64,000 nt of DNA from Candidatus Latescibacterota bacterium (GTDB taxonomy: Bacteria > Latescibacterota > UBA2968 > UBA8231). A model generated the notes under the pieces. The model did no database searches and was not told where the DNA came from. It saw only the letters and a list, made by a program, of their open reading frames with translations. This document shows positions 39,534 through 49,343 of the stretch, piece after piece (the stretch's first letter is position 1; the number at the start of each line of letters is the position of its first letter). Made by a program: the position numbers and the translations under genes. The stretch lies in contig CBDCNM010000002.1 of assembly GCA_965219385.1 (NCBI GenBank), positions 2,412,936 through 2,476,935 of the forward strand, in the 5' to 3' direction.

Positions 39534-40964
39534 GTGCCCTACGAAACCGTCATTGGCATGGAAGTCCACGTGGAGCTGCAGACCGCCTCCAAAATGTTCT
39601 GCTCCTGTTCCGCCGACCACTTCCTGGCCCCCCCCAACCAGCACGTGTGTCCGGTCTGCACCTCGCAACCCGGCTCCCTGCCCGTCATCAACCAGCGCGC
39701 CGTCGAACTGACCGTGATGACCGGCATGGCCCTCAACTGCCAGATTCAGCCGCACAATGTCTTCGCCCGCAAAAACTACACCTACCCGGACCTGCCCAAG
39801 GGCTACCAGATCTCCCAGTACGAATTGCCCCTGTGCGCCGATGGGTGGGTCCAGATCGACACCGAACAGGGACCTAAAAAAATCGGCATCGTCCGGGTCC
39901 ACCTCGAAGAGGACACCGGCAAACTGGTGCACCAGGGCGCCGCCAGCCTAGTGGATCTCAATCGCGCCGGCGTGCCTTTAATGGAAATCGTTTCGGACTC
40001 TGCACTTCGTTCGGCGACAGAGGCCGACGCCTACCTGGTCAAGATCCGCCAGTTGGTACGCTACTTGGAGGCCTCGAGCGGCGATATGGAAAAAGGCGCC
40101 ATGCGCTGCGAGGCCAATATTTCGGTGCGCCCGGAGGGTTCCACGGAGCTGGGCACCAAGGTCGAGGTCAAGAATCTGAATTCCTTCCGCTCGGTGCGCA
40201 ACGCCATCGCCTACGAGGTCGGCCGCCAGAGCCAGCTCCTCGAAGACGGCGACCAAGTGCGCCAGGTCACCATGGGCTGGACCGAAGAGGCCGGCATCAC
40301 CCAGGAACAACGCAGCAAGGAAACCTCCGAGGACTACCGCTACTTTCCCGAGCCGGACCTGCTCGACGTGGACCTCTCCGCCGAGTGGATCGCCCGGGTC
40401 CGGGATCGGTTGCCGGAACTGCCCGACGCCAAAAGCGCGCGCTTTGCCGCCGAGTACCGCCTCAACCATCGGGACATCGACCTGCTAGTCGAGGACCGCA
40501 GCGTCGCCGACTACTTTGAACGCGCCACCCGCCAGGACGGGGCCGATCCCAAGTTTTTGAGCAACTGGGTAACCGGCCAGATCTTCCGGCGGCTCAAAGA
40601 AGGAGAGGCGGCTATAGAGGAAATCAAGGTCGAGCCCGAGGCCCTGGTGGAATTGATCGCCCTGGTCGATCAGGGCACCATCAATCAGAACGCGGCCAGG
40701 GAGGTCCTGGGGGTGCTGTGGGAGGAGGGTGGCTCGCCCGCAAAAATCGTCGAGGAGCGTGGTCTGGTACAGATATCGGACACCTCGGCCCTGGATGCGA
40801 TGGTGTCCGCCATCATCGAGGAAAACCCCGATGCGGTCAAAAAAATCAAAAGTGGTAACGACAAGCCCATCAAATTCCTGATGGGCCAACTCATGAAGGC
40901 CACCCGCGGCAAGGCCAACCCGCAGATGGCAGAGGAATTGATAAAAAAGCAGATCGACGGCTGA
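39534..40964 (+). CDS. gatB: Asp/Glu-tRNA amidotransferase subunit B
   Basis: [34 protein letters not shown] and [10 protein letters not shown] motifs; GTG start. Confidence 0.97.
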   Translation: MPYETVIGMEVHVELQTASKMFCSCSADHFLAPPNQHVCPVCTSQPGSLPVINQRAVELTVMTGMALNCQIQPHNVFARKNYTYPDLPKGYQISQYELPLCADGWVQIDTEQGPKKIGIVRVHLEEDTGKLVHQGAASLVDLNRAGVPLMEIVSDSALRSATEADAYLVKIRQLVRYLEASSGDMEKGAMRCEANISVRPEGSTELGTKVEVKNLNSFRSVRNAIAYEVGRQSQLLEDGDQVRQVTMGWTEEAGITQEQRSKETSEDYRYFPEPDLLDVDLSAEWIARVRDRLPELPDAKSARFAAEYRLNHRDIDLLVEDRSVADYFERATRQDGADPKFLSNWVTGQIFRRLKEGEAAIEEIKVEPEALVELIALVDQGTINQNAAREVLGVLWEEGGSPAKIVEERGLVQISDTSALDAMVSAIIEENPDAVKKIKSGNDKPIKFLMGQLMKATRGKANPQMAEELIKKQIDG

Positions 40965-41115
40965 GGATTTTACCCAGAGCGTAGGGTAGGATACAGGTGG
41001 CGGTCGTGCCCTTTCCGACCTGGAGTTCGCGCCGGAATGAGGTTGGACGGATTGGATTTTTGTTTGACTCTCTGTGAAGGAAAAGCAACAGCAATCACCT
41101 GGAGTATATCATCCC

Positions 41116-42690
41116 ATGAGCCCGGAGAAGGATTTCACCTCAAAGGTCCCGCAAAGCAGCTACGCAACCACACCGGCCGAGCAACTGGAACAGTTGAAAA
41201 CGGATGGGCTGATGCAGCGCTTCGCCGCCTCGCGCCAGAAACTGTCCTCCGATCCTTACCGCCCTCTCTACCACTACGTCAACCCGGAGGGGAACTTGAA
41301 CGATCCCAACGGGCTGTGTTACTGGCAGGGAAGCTATCACCTGTTTTACCAGGCCTACCCTCCGGAGGACACCCGGCAGCACTGGGGCCATGCCATAAGC
41401 GACGATCTGGTGCGCTGGCATGACCTGCCCCTGGCCATATATCCGGGCATCGAAAACAAGTGCTTCAGCGGCAGTACCCTGGCCGAGGAGGACCGCGTCA
41501 TCGCCATGTACCATGGTACCAGCGCGGGCAATATGGTCGCCGTGGCCAGCGATCCCCTGCTGCTCAACTGGGAGAAGATCCCCGGCAACCCGGTCGTCCC
41601 CATGATGGAGGCGGATGAGAGCGGACGTCCTTACCGCGTCTACGACCCCTGTATCTGGAAGGAAGCGGACGGCTACTACAAACTGTCCGGGAGCTATCTG
41701 GACGGATCATTCTTTGGCGATTGCCGCATGGCGCAGCACCTGTTTTTCTCACAGGATCTACAGCGCTGGACCTACCTCGGCCCCTTTGTCGAGGGCGATA
41801 TCTTCACCGGGCCGGGCGAGGACGGCGCCGTGCCCTACTTCTGGCCGCTGGGCGACAAACACATCCTGATCTTCGCCAGTCACCAGCGCGGCTCGCAGTA
41901 CCTGCTCGGCGATTACGACAAGATAAACCACAGGTTCAGGCCCTTTGCCCATGGCCGCTTCAATTTTGGGGCCATTTTTCCCGGAGGCGTTCACGCCCCG
42001 TCGGCCACACCCGACGGGAGCGGCGGCGTGTACGTCATTCACAACATCAACGAGGGCAAGCCCACGCAGGGATGGAACCACCTCATGTCCCTGGTGCGCC
42101 GGCTGAGACTGGACGAGGATAACACCCTGAGTATCGAACCCGTCGCGGCCATGGCATCGCTTCGCGCTCAACACCAACATATCGACGAGACCGCCTTGTC
42201 TGCCAATAGGGACATCGTGCTCGAGAGCATCGCGGGAAACGCCATGGAATTCGCCCTTGAGATCGATCCACAGGACGCCCGCGAAATCAGCCTGGATGTA
42301 TTGCGTTCTCCGGATGCTGAGGAGCGCACTACCATCCGCTTCCTCAAGCAAGCCTACCTGTCGCACAACAGGGACGGACAGCGCTACAAGCAGGACGCCT
42401 TGGTGCTCGATGCAACGCGTGCATCCCTGCGGCCCGACGTGCTCGCCCGCCCCCCGGAGATCGCACCCTTCGAACTCAAAGAGGGCGAAAACCTCAAACT
42501 GAGGATCTTCGTGGACCAAAGCGTGGTCGAGGTCTTTGCCAACGGCAGGCAGTGCCTCGCCCTGCGGGTATACCCCGAGCGCAACGACAGCCAGGGCTTA
42601 TCCATCCGCTCTCAGGGGCGCGATGCGCTATTGCGCTCCCTTGACGCGTGGCAGATGAAAAGCATATGGACCCAGGAAAACAGTCGGTGA
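41116..42690 (+). CDS. Glycoside hydrolase family 32-like protein
   Basis: NDPNG, HLFYQ, WGHA, FSGS and C-terminal DQSVVEVF motifs; RDP appears as YDP and no EC motif is seen. Confidence 0.85.
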   Translation: MSPEKDFTSKVPQSSYATTPAEQLEQLKTDGLMQRFAASRQKLSSDPYRPLYHYVNPEGNLNDPNGLCYWQGSYHLFYQAYPPEDTRQHWGHAISDDLVRWHDLPLAIYPGIENKCFSGSTLAEEDRVIAMYHGTSAGNMVAVASDPLLLNWEKIPGNPVVPMMEADESGRPYRVYDPCIWKEADGYYKLSGSYLDGSFFGDCRMAQHLFFSQDLQRWTYLGPFVEGDIFTGPGEDGAVPYFWPLGDKHILIFASHQRGSQYLLGDYDKINHRFRPFAHGRFNFGAIFPGGVHAPSATPDGSGGVYVIHNINEGKPTQGWNHLMSLVRRLRLDEDNTLSIEPVAAMASLRAQHQHIDETALSANRDIVLESIAGNAMEFALEIDPQDAREISLDVLRSPDAEERTTIRFLKQAYLSHNRDGQRYKQDALVLDATRASLRPDVLARPPEIAPFELKEGENLKLRIFVDQSVVEVFANGRQCLALRVYPERNDSQGLSIRSQGRDALLRSLDAWQMKSIWTQENSR

Positions 42691-42730
42691 ATGACTTGCC
42701 GCACGCAGCAACGTCGTGCAACCTGGGTGC

Positions 42731-44152
42731 TCAGGTCCGTTCGGGCAGAGGCGTCTTCTGGCATTCGCGAATGAAGTCCTCGGTTTCGATCTCGTAGGTG
42801 AGGAAGGGATCGTCCAGGTTGAGGTATTTTTCATCTTCTACGGAGATGGAGTTCCAGTTGATCACATAGCGGGCTTTTTGTCCGGTCAGGGCGCGCATGA
42901 CCTCGGAGCGCGCCCGGGCCCGGGTATCCTGCGGGGGCGTGACCACGGCGCGACTGACCTGCTCATCGTCCAGTATCCGCTTCACGAGACCGCGTTGGCG
43001 CAAATCAAAGTAGAGGCCCTTGGCCGGATTGAGGTTGTGGTACTCCAGATCCAGACTCTGAATCCATTTATCGTGCCAGTCCAGTCCCTCTTCGTTGATG
43101 AAGTTTTCCAGCAGCCACTTTTTGGCGACCCACTCGACGCGGTCGATCAGAGCCATTGGATCGTGCGCCAGCCCATCGAGGACAAAACGCCATTCATCCA
43201 GCACCCAATCGCCCTCCCGATCCTTGCCGCGCATATAGCGTTCGGCCAGTTCCAGGTACTGGCGCTGGATCTCGATAGCGGTGGTGTAATGTCCGTCCTC
43301 CAGCTGCACCTCCCATGCGTAACTCAAATCGCGGGAAATATCCCGGATCGCCTGCACCGCATCCAGCAGCCGGATCTCGGGGATGAGCCGCTCTTCTATC
43401 AACCCCAGGATCAGAGCCGTGGTTCCCACCTTGAGCGCCGTGACGTATTCGGACATATTCGAATCGCCCACCAGCAGATGCAACCGGCGGTAGAGGCCCC
43501 AATCGGCCAAGGGCTCGTCCCGGGTATTGATGATGGCGCGGCTGAACTGAATCCACTGGTAGATCTCGGTGACGATGTGATCGGCCCGCTGGGAAATTTG
43601 ATAGGTGACGCCTTCGTCCTTGGAGTTACCGTATTCGAAAATGTCGGTGTGGCAGCCCACGCGGCCCGTGCCCGCGAAAATCTGCCGGGTGACGAAGAAG
43701 GGCAGGATGGCCGGCAGCAACACCTGTGAAAAGGGCACGTCCCGGCGCACCAGGTAGTTTTCGTGGCAGCCGAAGGTGGCACCAGTATAGTGGTCGATGT
43801 TGTTTTTGAAAAAGGTAGCGTTTTCCGCCAGCCCCAATTGCTCGAGGGCGCGTTGCAAGATCAATTCGCCGGCCCGGTCCGCGGCCACCAGATCGAACAG
43901 GCCCCGGCATTCGGGCGTGGCGTACTCCACGTGCCCCATGTCTATGTACACCCGTCCGCCGTTGAACAGAAAACCACCATTGCCCGGCGGTTCGTCCCTG
44001 CCCCGGTAGTGGATGTCGACAATCCCCAGTCTTTCCCGGTAAAATACGCAGTCCTTGGTTTTGAGCGATATAAAATCGGGGCTCAGAAACGGATCTGAGT
44101 CGGGAGGCAAGCAGCCGTATTCGGTTTCGATTCCCAAAATGCGGTTTTCCAT
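42731..44152 (-). CDS. pafA: Pup/UBact-protein ligase (PafA family)
   Basis: GIETEYG, NGGRVYIDMGHVEYATPEC, KNN, GCHENY, RDEP, RLH and DLEYH motifs. Confidence 0.92.
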   Translation of the reverse strand: MENRILGIETEYGCLPPDSDPFLSPDFISLKTKDCVFYRERLGIVDIHYRGRDEPPGNGGFLFNGGRVYIDMGHVEYATPECRGLFDLVAADRAGELILQRALEQLGLAENATFFKNNIDHYTGATFGCHENYLVRRDVPFSQVLLPAILPFFVTRQIFAGTGRVGCHTDIFEYGNSKDEGVTYQISQRADHIVTEIYQWIQFSRAIINTRDEPLADWGLYRRLHLLVGDSNMSEYVTALKVGTTALILGLIEERLIPEIRLLDAVQAIRDISRDLSYAWEVQLEDGHYTTAIEIQRQYLELAERYMRGKDREGDWVLDEWRFVLDGLAHDPMALIDRVEWVAKKWLLENFINEEGLDWHDKWIQSLDLEYHNLNPAKGLYFDLRQRGLVKRILDDEQVSRAVVTPPQDTRARARSEVMRALTGQKARYVINWNSISVEDEKYLNLDDPFLTYEIETEDFIRECQKTPLPERT

Positions 44153-44167
44153 TGATGCGGACCTGAG

Positions 44168-44932
44168 TTAAGCAGTCGAATACGCCGCCAGCACATCCTC
44201 GAGTACGGAAGGCTCCAGCAGCCGAAATTTGGTTTTGGTGAGCAGGGTGCGATCGAGCACGGCGGCCTCGATCCGCAGTCCCGGCAATTCCGCGGCGAGA
44301 AAATCGCACACCTCGCTCTCGTCGGGCTCCTGCCCTTCTTCGCCGTTGGCCGCCAGACGCCCCACGGCCCAGGCTCCGAGTGCCTGCTGCAAACCCTCTT
44401 GCAGCGACAACCCGGCCCCGTCCAGCGGTTCGAGCCTTTTCAGGATAGCGCTACTACCTTCGATGGTCCCGGCTACGGCAGCGGCGTGCCGGGCACTGGA
44501 AAACGAGCCATCCGCGTCAATCATGTAAAAAGTGTCCTGATCGGCGGGTGGATCCAGTTCGGCCATGAGTCCCCGGGCAGTATAGGGGGAGCGAAAAATT
44601 TCGTCAAAGACCGCTTTTATGAGAGGGCCTATCCCAAAACTCACCAGGCGCTGCAGAGAAATATCGCTGGCAGAAAAATTGAAGGCTTCGACGTGAGCGA
44701 TATCGATGACCGCCTTGCGCAGTTTCTCTATATCCGCGGGGTGCCCTATGGCGGCAAAACCCACCTGGTTGTAGACCTCAAAGAGCTTGCGGGGCCCCGG
44801 CGTGCTGGTGAGCAGGAGGACGCCGTGCTCATAGGTCAGACCCACGACGGGCGTGGCATTCTGTAGCTGGTCTTCAAGGTACTCGCGGCGATTGCGGATC
44901 GCCTCTACCCAGCGATAAGGTTCCTCGAGCAT
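44168..44932 (-). CDS. prcA: 20S proteasome alpha subunit
   Basis: RKLFEVYNQVGFAAIG and IEAAVLDR motifs; lies between prcB and pafA. Confidence 0.88.
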   Translation of the reverse strand: MLEEPYRWVEAIRNRREYLEDQLQNATPVVGLTYEHGVLLLTSTPGPRKLFEVYNQVGFAAIGHPADIEKLRKAVIDIAHVEAFNFSASDISLQRLVSFGIGPLIKAVFDEIFRSPYTARGLMAELDPPADQDTFYMIDADGSFSSARHAAAVAGTIEGSSAILKRLEPLDGAGLSLQEGLQQALGAWAVGRLAANGEEGQEPDESEVCDFLAAELPGLRIEAAVLDRTLLTKTKFRLLEPSVLEDVLAAYSTA

Positions 44933-44942
44933 ACTGGACTTT

Positions 44943-45722
44943 CTATATCTGTAGTTGTGCCTGGTAGATCGCTTCCAGCTCCTGCTCGGGGACCGTAGCA
45001 ATACCGGCAGCTGTGATGCGCATGACCCGGGGGAATATGCGAGCGCTGGTCTTGTAACCACCCGTGGCGGTGTCGAACTCCGCCGCGGTTTCCAGCATCT
45101 TCAGGATGAGGCCCAGCGAGGTTTCCGCATCCATCTCGGCCAGTGGTTGCCCACCCCAGCGATTCAGATAGTAGAGCGCGCCACGAATGGCCGGCGATCC
45201 CGAGCCAGTAGTGCAAAAATCGACCGACTCGAACTGCGCCCCCAGGACATCGTAGAAATGAATTTTGCCACTGGCCTCGGTACTGTCAAAGGTGGAAAAA
45301 ATCGGCACCACCGCGCCGATGCCCTGCATGGCCATGGGCAGATTTTCGCGCAGCAGCCGCGACAGGATCCGCAGCTTGCCGTCCAGGCTCAAGACCTGCA
45401 GCTGGCTGCGGCGGTAGTGCTGAAATGAAATCTCCAGCAGGCGGGCGATCTCGTAGGCCATGGCCGGCGAGCCCGACAGGGCCAGCACCGAGTCGTCGTC
45501 GATGCACAGCACCTTGTCGGCCCGGTCGTAGACCATGACGTTGCCCATGGTGGCGCGCCGATCGCCGGCGATGAGCACCCCGTCCCGATAACTCACCGCC
45601 AGGATGGTCGTGCCCTCGGTGGCCTCAATAGCGCCTTCGCCCAGAGGCGTCGCCACCGGTGCAGGTGCCGGGGACAACTGCCGGTGCTGCTTGAGCAGAT
45701 TGAGAAAATCGCCGCTCTCCAT
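44943..45722 (-). CDS. prcB: 20S proteasome beta subunit with propeptide
   Basis: EG/TTILA processing site, Thr1-Asp17-Lys33 spacing intact (AGDRRAT...DK), TGSGS. Confidence 0.95.
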   Translation of the reverse strand: MESGDFLNLLKQHRQLSPAPAPVATPLGEGAIEATEGTTILAVSYRDGVLIAGDRRATMGNVMVYDRADKVLCIDDDSVLALSGSPAMAYEIARLLEISFQHYRRSQLQVLSLDGKLRILSRLLRENLPMAMQGIGAVVPIFSTFDSTEASGKIHFYDVLGAQFESVDFCTTGSGSPAIRGALYYLNRWGGQPLAEMDAETSLGLILKMLETAAEFDTATGGYKTSARIFPRVMRITAAGIATVPEQELEAIYQAQLQI

Positions 45723-45725
45723 ATC

Positions 45726-45929
45726 CTACTCGCCGGTGCGCTGGCGGTAACGCCGCGCCTGATTGGGATCCACCTTGCGCATCCGCCGCATGATATCGTC
45801 GGTGTTGGGCCGCTCGACCTTGGGACGCCGGGGCCCTTCGTCCTGGTCTCCGTCCCCACCTCCGTCCCCACCTCCGTCCAGCGGCCGCACCGGCCGTGGA
45901 GCGCGATCCCGCAGCTGCAGTGCATTCAT
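45726..45929 (-). CDS. ubact: Ubiquitin-like protein modifier UBact
   Basis: 67 aa, low complexity, ending MRKVDPNQARRYRQRTGE (R-T/S-G-E/Q UBact terminus); AGGAGG RBS; sits at the pup position between dop and prcB. Confidence 0.9.
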   Translation of the reverse strand: MNALQLRDRAPRPVRPLDGGGDGGGDGDQDEGPRRPKVERPNTDDIMRRMRKVDPNQARRYRQRTGE

Positions 45930-46049
45930 GATCTACCTCCTATTTGGCAACGCCCGTTCCACTACACTATAGACAAATTAAAATTACATCTACCTGTTTT
46001 TCAATAAGTTATGCAATGTTCGATGCATCGAAGTCCGATCTGCGGTGCC

Positions 46050-47576
46050 CTACCTGGAAGGCGGCAATTTGCCGATCAGGGCTTCGATACTCTGGGCCTC
46101 GTCTAGAGCTTGATTATAATAATTAATCGTGTCGACGTCCACACAGGCCTTTAAATCGATGCTCTCCACCCGGCCGTTGAGTTCGATCTCGATGCTGTCC
46201 CAGTTCAGCGACTTTACCGAGGCACCGAACTTTTCCAGACACTTGCCGCGGAAGTAAGCCCGGGTTCCCTCAGGGGGCTGCACCACGGCCCGGAGTATAC
46301 CCTCATCGCCGACCAGCCGCCGGGTCCGGCCCTGGTCTTCCAGCAACAAATAGAGCCCTTCCTCCGGGTCGATATTGTGGTATTCCAGATCCTGGCTCTG
46401 CAGCCAGGCCCGGTCGTCGGGGTTTTCCCAGTCCAGGTTTTCGTTCTCCGCAAAGGCATCCAGCAACCACTTCTTGGTCACCCAGTCGCACTGGCCGACC
46501 AGTTCGCCCGGGTCGCGTCCCAGCTTTTCCAGCACCGCGGCCCACTCCGCCAGCACCCAATCCACCTCCTCGTCGCGACCGGCGGCAAAGCTGGCGGCTT
46601 TGTCCAGATACATCTGCTGGATCTCGAGCGCCGAGCTTTGACCGCCATCCCGCAGGGGCACGGCCCACTCGCCCGCTGCGTCGCGCGAGATTTGCTTGAC
46701 CGAACCCACCGGATCCGCCAGGGTCAATTGCGGCAATAGCCCCTCCTCCAGCAGGTCCAGAAACAGCAGGGTCGTACCGACCTTCAGGACGGTGATGTAC
46801 TCCGACATATTGGCATCGCCGATGATCAGGTGCAGGCGGCGGTACCTGCCGGCTTCGGCGTGAGGTTCGTCCCGGGTATTGACCAGAGGACGCCGGTGCA
46901 TGGTGTCGACGCTGGCAATGGTCTCGAAGAAATCCGCCCGCTGGGAAAGCTGGTACAGATCGGCTCTGGCCTTGCGGTCCTGCTCCACCCCCACCTTGCC
47001 GGCCCCGGCGAAGATTTGCCGCGTCACCAGGAAGGGCAGGAGGCCGTCGATCACCTGCTGGAAGGGCAACTCGCGACTGATCAGGTAGTTTTCGTGGCAA
47101 CCGTAGCTGTGCCCTTCAAAGTCGGTGTTGTTCTTGTAAAGCCGCACCACGCCCTTGCCCCGGGTGGCGGTGCGCCGCTGGGCGCAGTTGTAGAGAATGC
47201 GCTCGCCGGCCCGGTCCTGCTCGAGCAAATCGAACAGACCATGGCATTCGGGCGTGGAGTACTCCGGGTGGGTGTGATCGTTGTAGAGGCGGGCGCCGTT
47301 GCTGATGAGCAGATCGCTCTTGAGTTCCGAGAGCGGAATCTTGCGCTGGCGATCCTTCTGGAGATGCAGGATTTCGTCCTTGTCGTTGCGCAGTTTGTCC
47401 ACTTCAAAGCCGCGCATGTCCAGGCGCGGATTTTCCCGTCCGTAATCCCAACGCGCGATGAAGTCTTCATGCAAATAACAGCGGATGAGCTCCATGGACT
47501 CCACCACCACGTCCATGTCGTCCACTCCGTCCACCTGGATGCCGTACTCGGTTTCTAAGCCGAAAAGCCGCCTCAT
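46050..47576 (-). CDS. dop: Depupylase/deamidase Dop (PafA2 family)
   Basis: GLETEYG, NGARLYNDHTHPEYSTPEC, SYGCHENY, QRADFFE, RDEPHA and RAYFRG motifs. Confidence 0.92.
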   Translation of the reverse strand: MRRLFGLETEYGIQVDGVDDMDVVVESMELIRCYLHEDFIARWDYGRENPRLDMRGFEVDKLRNDKDEILHLQKDRQRKIPLSELKSDLLISNGARLYNDHTHPEYSTPECHGLFDLLEQDRAGERILYNCAQRRTATRGKGVVRLYKNNTDFEGHSYGCHENYLISRELPFQQVIDGLLPFLVTRQIFAGAGKVGVEQDRKARADLYQLSQRADFFETIASVDTMHRRPLVNTRDEPHAEAGRYRRLHLIIGDANMSEYITVLKVGTTLLFLDLLEEGLLPQLTLADPVGSVKQISRDAAGEWAVPLRDGGQSSALEIQQMYLDKAASFAAGRDEEVDWVLAEWAAVLEKLGRDPGELVGQCDWVTKKWLLDAFAENENLDWENPDDRAWLQSQDLEYHNIDPEEGLYLLLEDQGRTRRLVGDEGILRAVVQPPEGTRAYFRGKCLEKFGASVKSLNWDSIEIELNGRVESIDLKACVDVDTINYYNQALDEAQSIEALIGKLPPSR

Positions 47577-47583
47577 ACTCCCT

Positions 47584-49305
47584 CTAGATGACACTCCCCG
47601 GGAGTTGTTCCACATTCTTTTCCTCACGGCGAACGGGCGCTACCCGCACCACGTTTTCAGGATCGTAATCCAACAGTTTAAGCCAGTCTTCGACGCTGTC
47701 CGTGGGCGGAAAGATTTCGTTTTCCTGGTATTCCGCCATAATCGCGTCGCGCAGGTCCACGGAGCTGATTCCGGTCTCGGGCTCCTCGCCAGCAATCGCC
47801 CGCTTGATGGCGGTTTCCTTGGCCCGCTGCACGACGGAATCGATGATGGCGCCGCTGACCAGATCGCCGTGGCACAGGACCTCCTGGCGCCCGCTGCGCA
47901 GAGATACTTCGAGAAACCTGGTGTCCTCGTTGCGGGCGAACAGGGTGCGGATGGCCTCTTCGATTAGCACCTCCCGGGCCGCCTCCGCGCCCCCATGGCG
48001 CTCGATTGCCCCTGGATCGAGAGGCAGTTCCGGAGTCAGGTAAATCTTCAGGATAGCGCGAGCCGCCTTCAGGTCTGGACGCACCACCTTGATTTTGCGG
48101 TTGATGCGCCCCGGTCGCAGAATGGCCGGGTCGATCAAATCGTGGCGATTGGAAGCCAGGATGAGGACCACGTCCTGCAAGGACTCTATCCCGTCCATCT
48201 CGGTGCAGAACATGGGCACTACGGTGTTGGAGATGTTGTGGGTGCGCGTGGAACGCCGCGTTCCCAGGATGGACTCGGCCTCGTCGATAAAGACAAAGGG
48301 TAGATAGCCCTCCTTGCGCTTTTCGCGCGCCTGGGCGAAAATCTCGCGCACCATGCGCTCGGTCTCCCCCAGCCACATATTGAGGATCTCGGGGCCCTTG
48401 ATATGCATGAAGTACTCTTCCAGTTCCAGCCCTTCCTCCTGGCGCAAATGCTGCACCAGGTTGTAGGCCGTGGCCTTGCCGATGAGGGTTTTGCCGCACC
48501 CCGGCGGACCGTAGAGCAGGAATCCTTTGGGCGTCGAATACTGGAATTTCTCAAACAGATCGGGATGCAGCGCCGGCAGTTCAATGGTGTCCCTTATAGC
48601 TTGAATGGCCTGCTCCTGTCCGCCGATCCTGGACCAGGGCATGGGGGGGATTTCCTCGAGGAAGTACTCCTTGCTCTCCTTGGATTGCAGGCGTTCGAGG
48701 GCTACCTTGAAGGAGGGATCGACGCGGACCTCGTCGCCGACCTTGAGGTTGACGTCTTCGAGTTCGGCGGAACGTTCCAGAATCAGATCCTGAATGCCGT
48801 GTTCCCGACCGATGCGCAAGCGGCCCTGGTCGAGCAAATCAGAGATTTTGGCCACCGGTCCGGAGGGGCTGTAGCCCAGGTCGCCGACCACGGCGTAGGC
48901 CTCGTTGACCAGCACCCGGGAACCCACCTTGAGCCGCGCCATATCCACGCGCGGATCCACATTGGCGTAGTATTCCGAACCGCCGACGAAAATGGTGGCG
49001 ATCCCTTCTTTGGGAGAGTTCAGAAAGACGCCGATGCGATTGGCCGGAGCCGTTACTTTTTCCAGCGCGGCCTCAAGTTCGACCAGGGTGCGTCGGGCTT
49101 CCTGAAAAGTGATCTCCTGTTCCATGAGCTGGCGCCGCAACCGATAGAGCAGGGGGCGAGAAGGATCTCTGTCCGGGGCCAGAGCCAGCAAGTGATCCAC
49201 CAGCTTCAAGGCTTCCCCGTCGCCGTCCTCCTCATCCATCAGGGAATGTTCTTCGTAGGCGTCGTCCTCGTCGCCATCCGCGTCGAAATTTCTCTTTCTA
49301 TTCAT
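47584..49305 (-). CDS. arc: Proteasome-associated AAA ATPase (ARC/Mpa)
   Basis: N-terminal coiled coil and OB region, GPPGCGKT, IKGPEILNMWLGE, FIDEAES and DPAILRPGR motifs. Confidence 0.95.
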   Translation of the reverse strand: MNRKRNFDADGDEDDAYEEHSLMDEEDGDGEALKLVDHLLALAPDRDPSRPLLYRLRRQLMEQEITFQEARRTLVELEAALEKVTAPANRIGVFLNSPKEGIATIFVGGSEYYANVDPRVDMARLKVGSRVLVNEAYAVVGDLGYSPSGPVAKISDLLDQGRLRIGREHGIQDLILERSAELEDVNLKVGDEVRVDPSFKVALERLQSKESKEYFLEEIPPMPWSRIGGQEQAIQAIRDTIELPALHPDLFEKFQYSTPKGFLLYGPPGCGKTLIGKATAYNLVQHLRQEEGLELEEYFMHIKGPEILNMWLGETERMVREIFAQAREKRKEGYLPFVFIDEAESILGTRRSTRTHNISNTVVPMFCTEMDGIESLQDVVLILASNRHDLIDPAILRPGRINRKIKVVRPDLKAARAILKIYLTPELPLDPGAIERHGGAEAAREVLIEEAIRTLFARNEDTRFLEVSLRSGRQEVLCHGDLVSGAIIDSVVQRAKETAIKRAIAGEEPETGISSVDLRDAIMAEYQENEIFPPTDSVEDWLKLLDYDPENVVRVAPVRREEKNVEQLPGSVI

Positions 49306-49343
49306 GAGGAAACATCCCGCTGCTGTGGTTTTGAGGCGGCTTC

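Noticed and set aside
45726..45929. Canonical actinobacterial Pup
   Set aside because: The terminus is RTGE, not GGQ/GGE, and the FVxxYVQKGG motif is absent.
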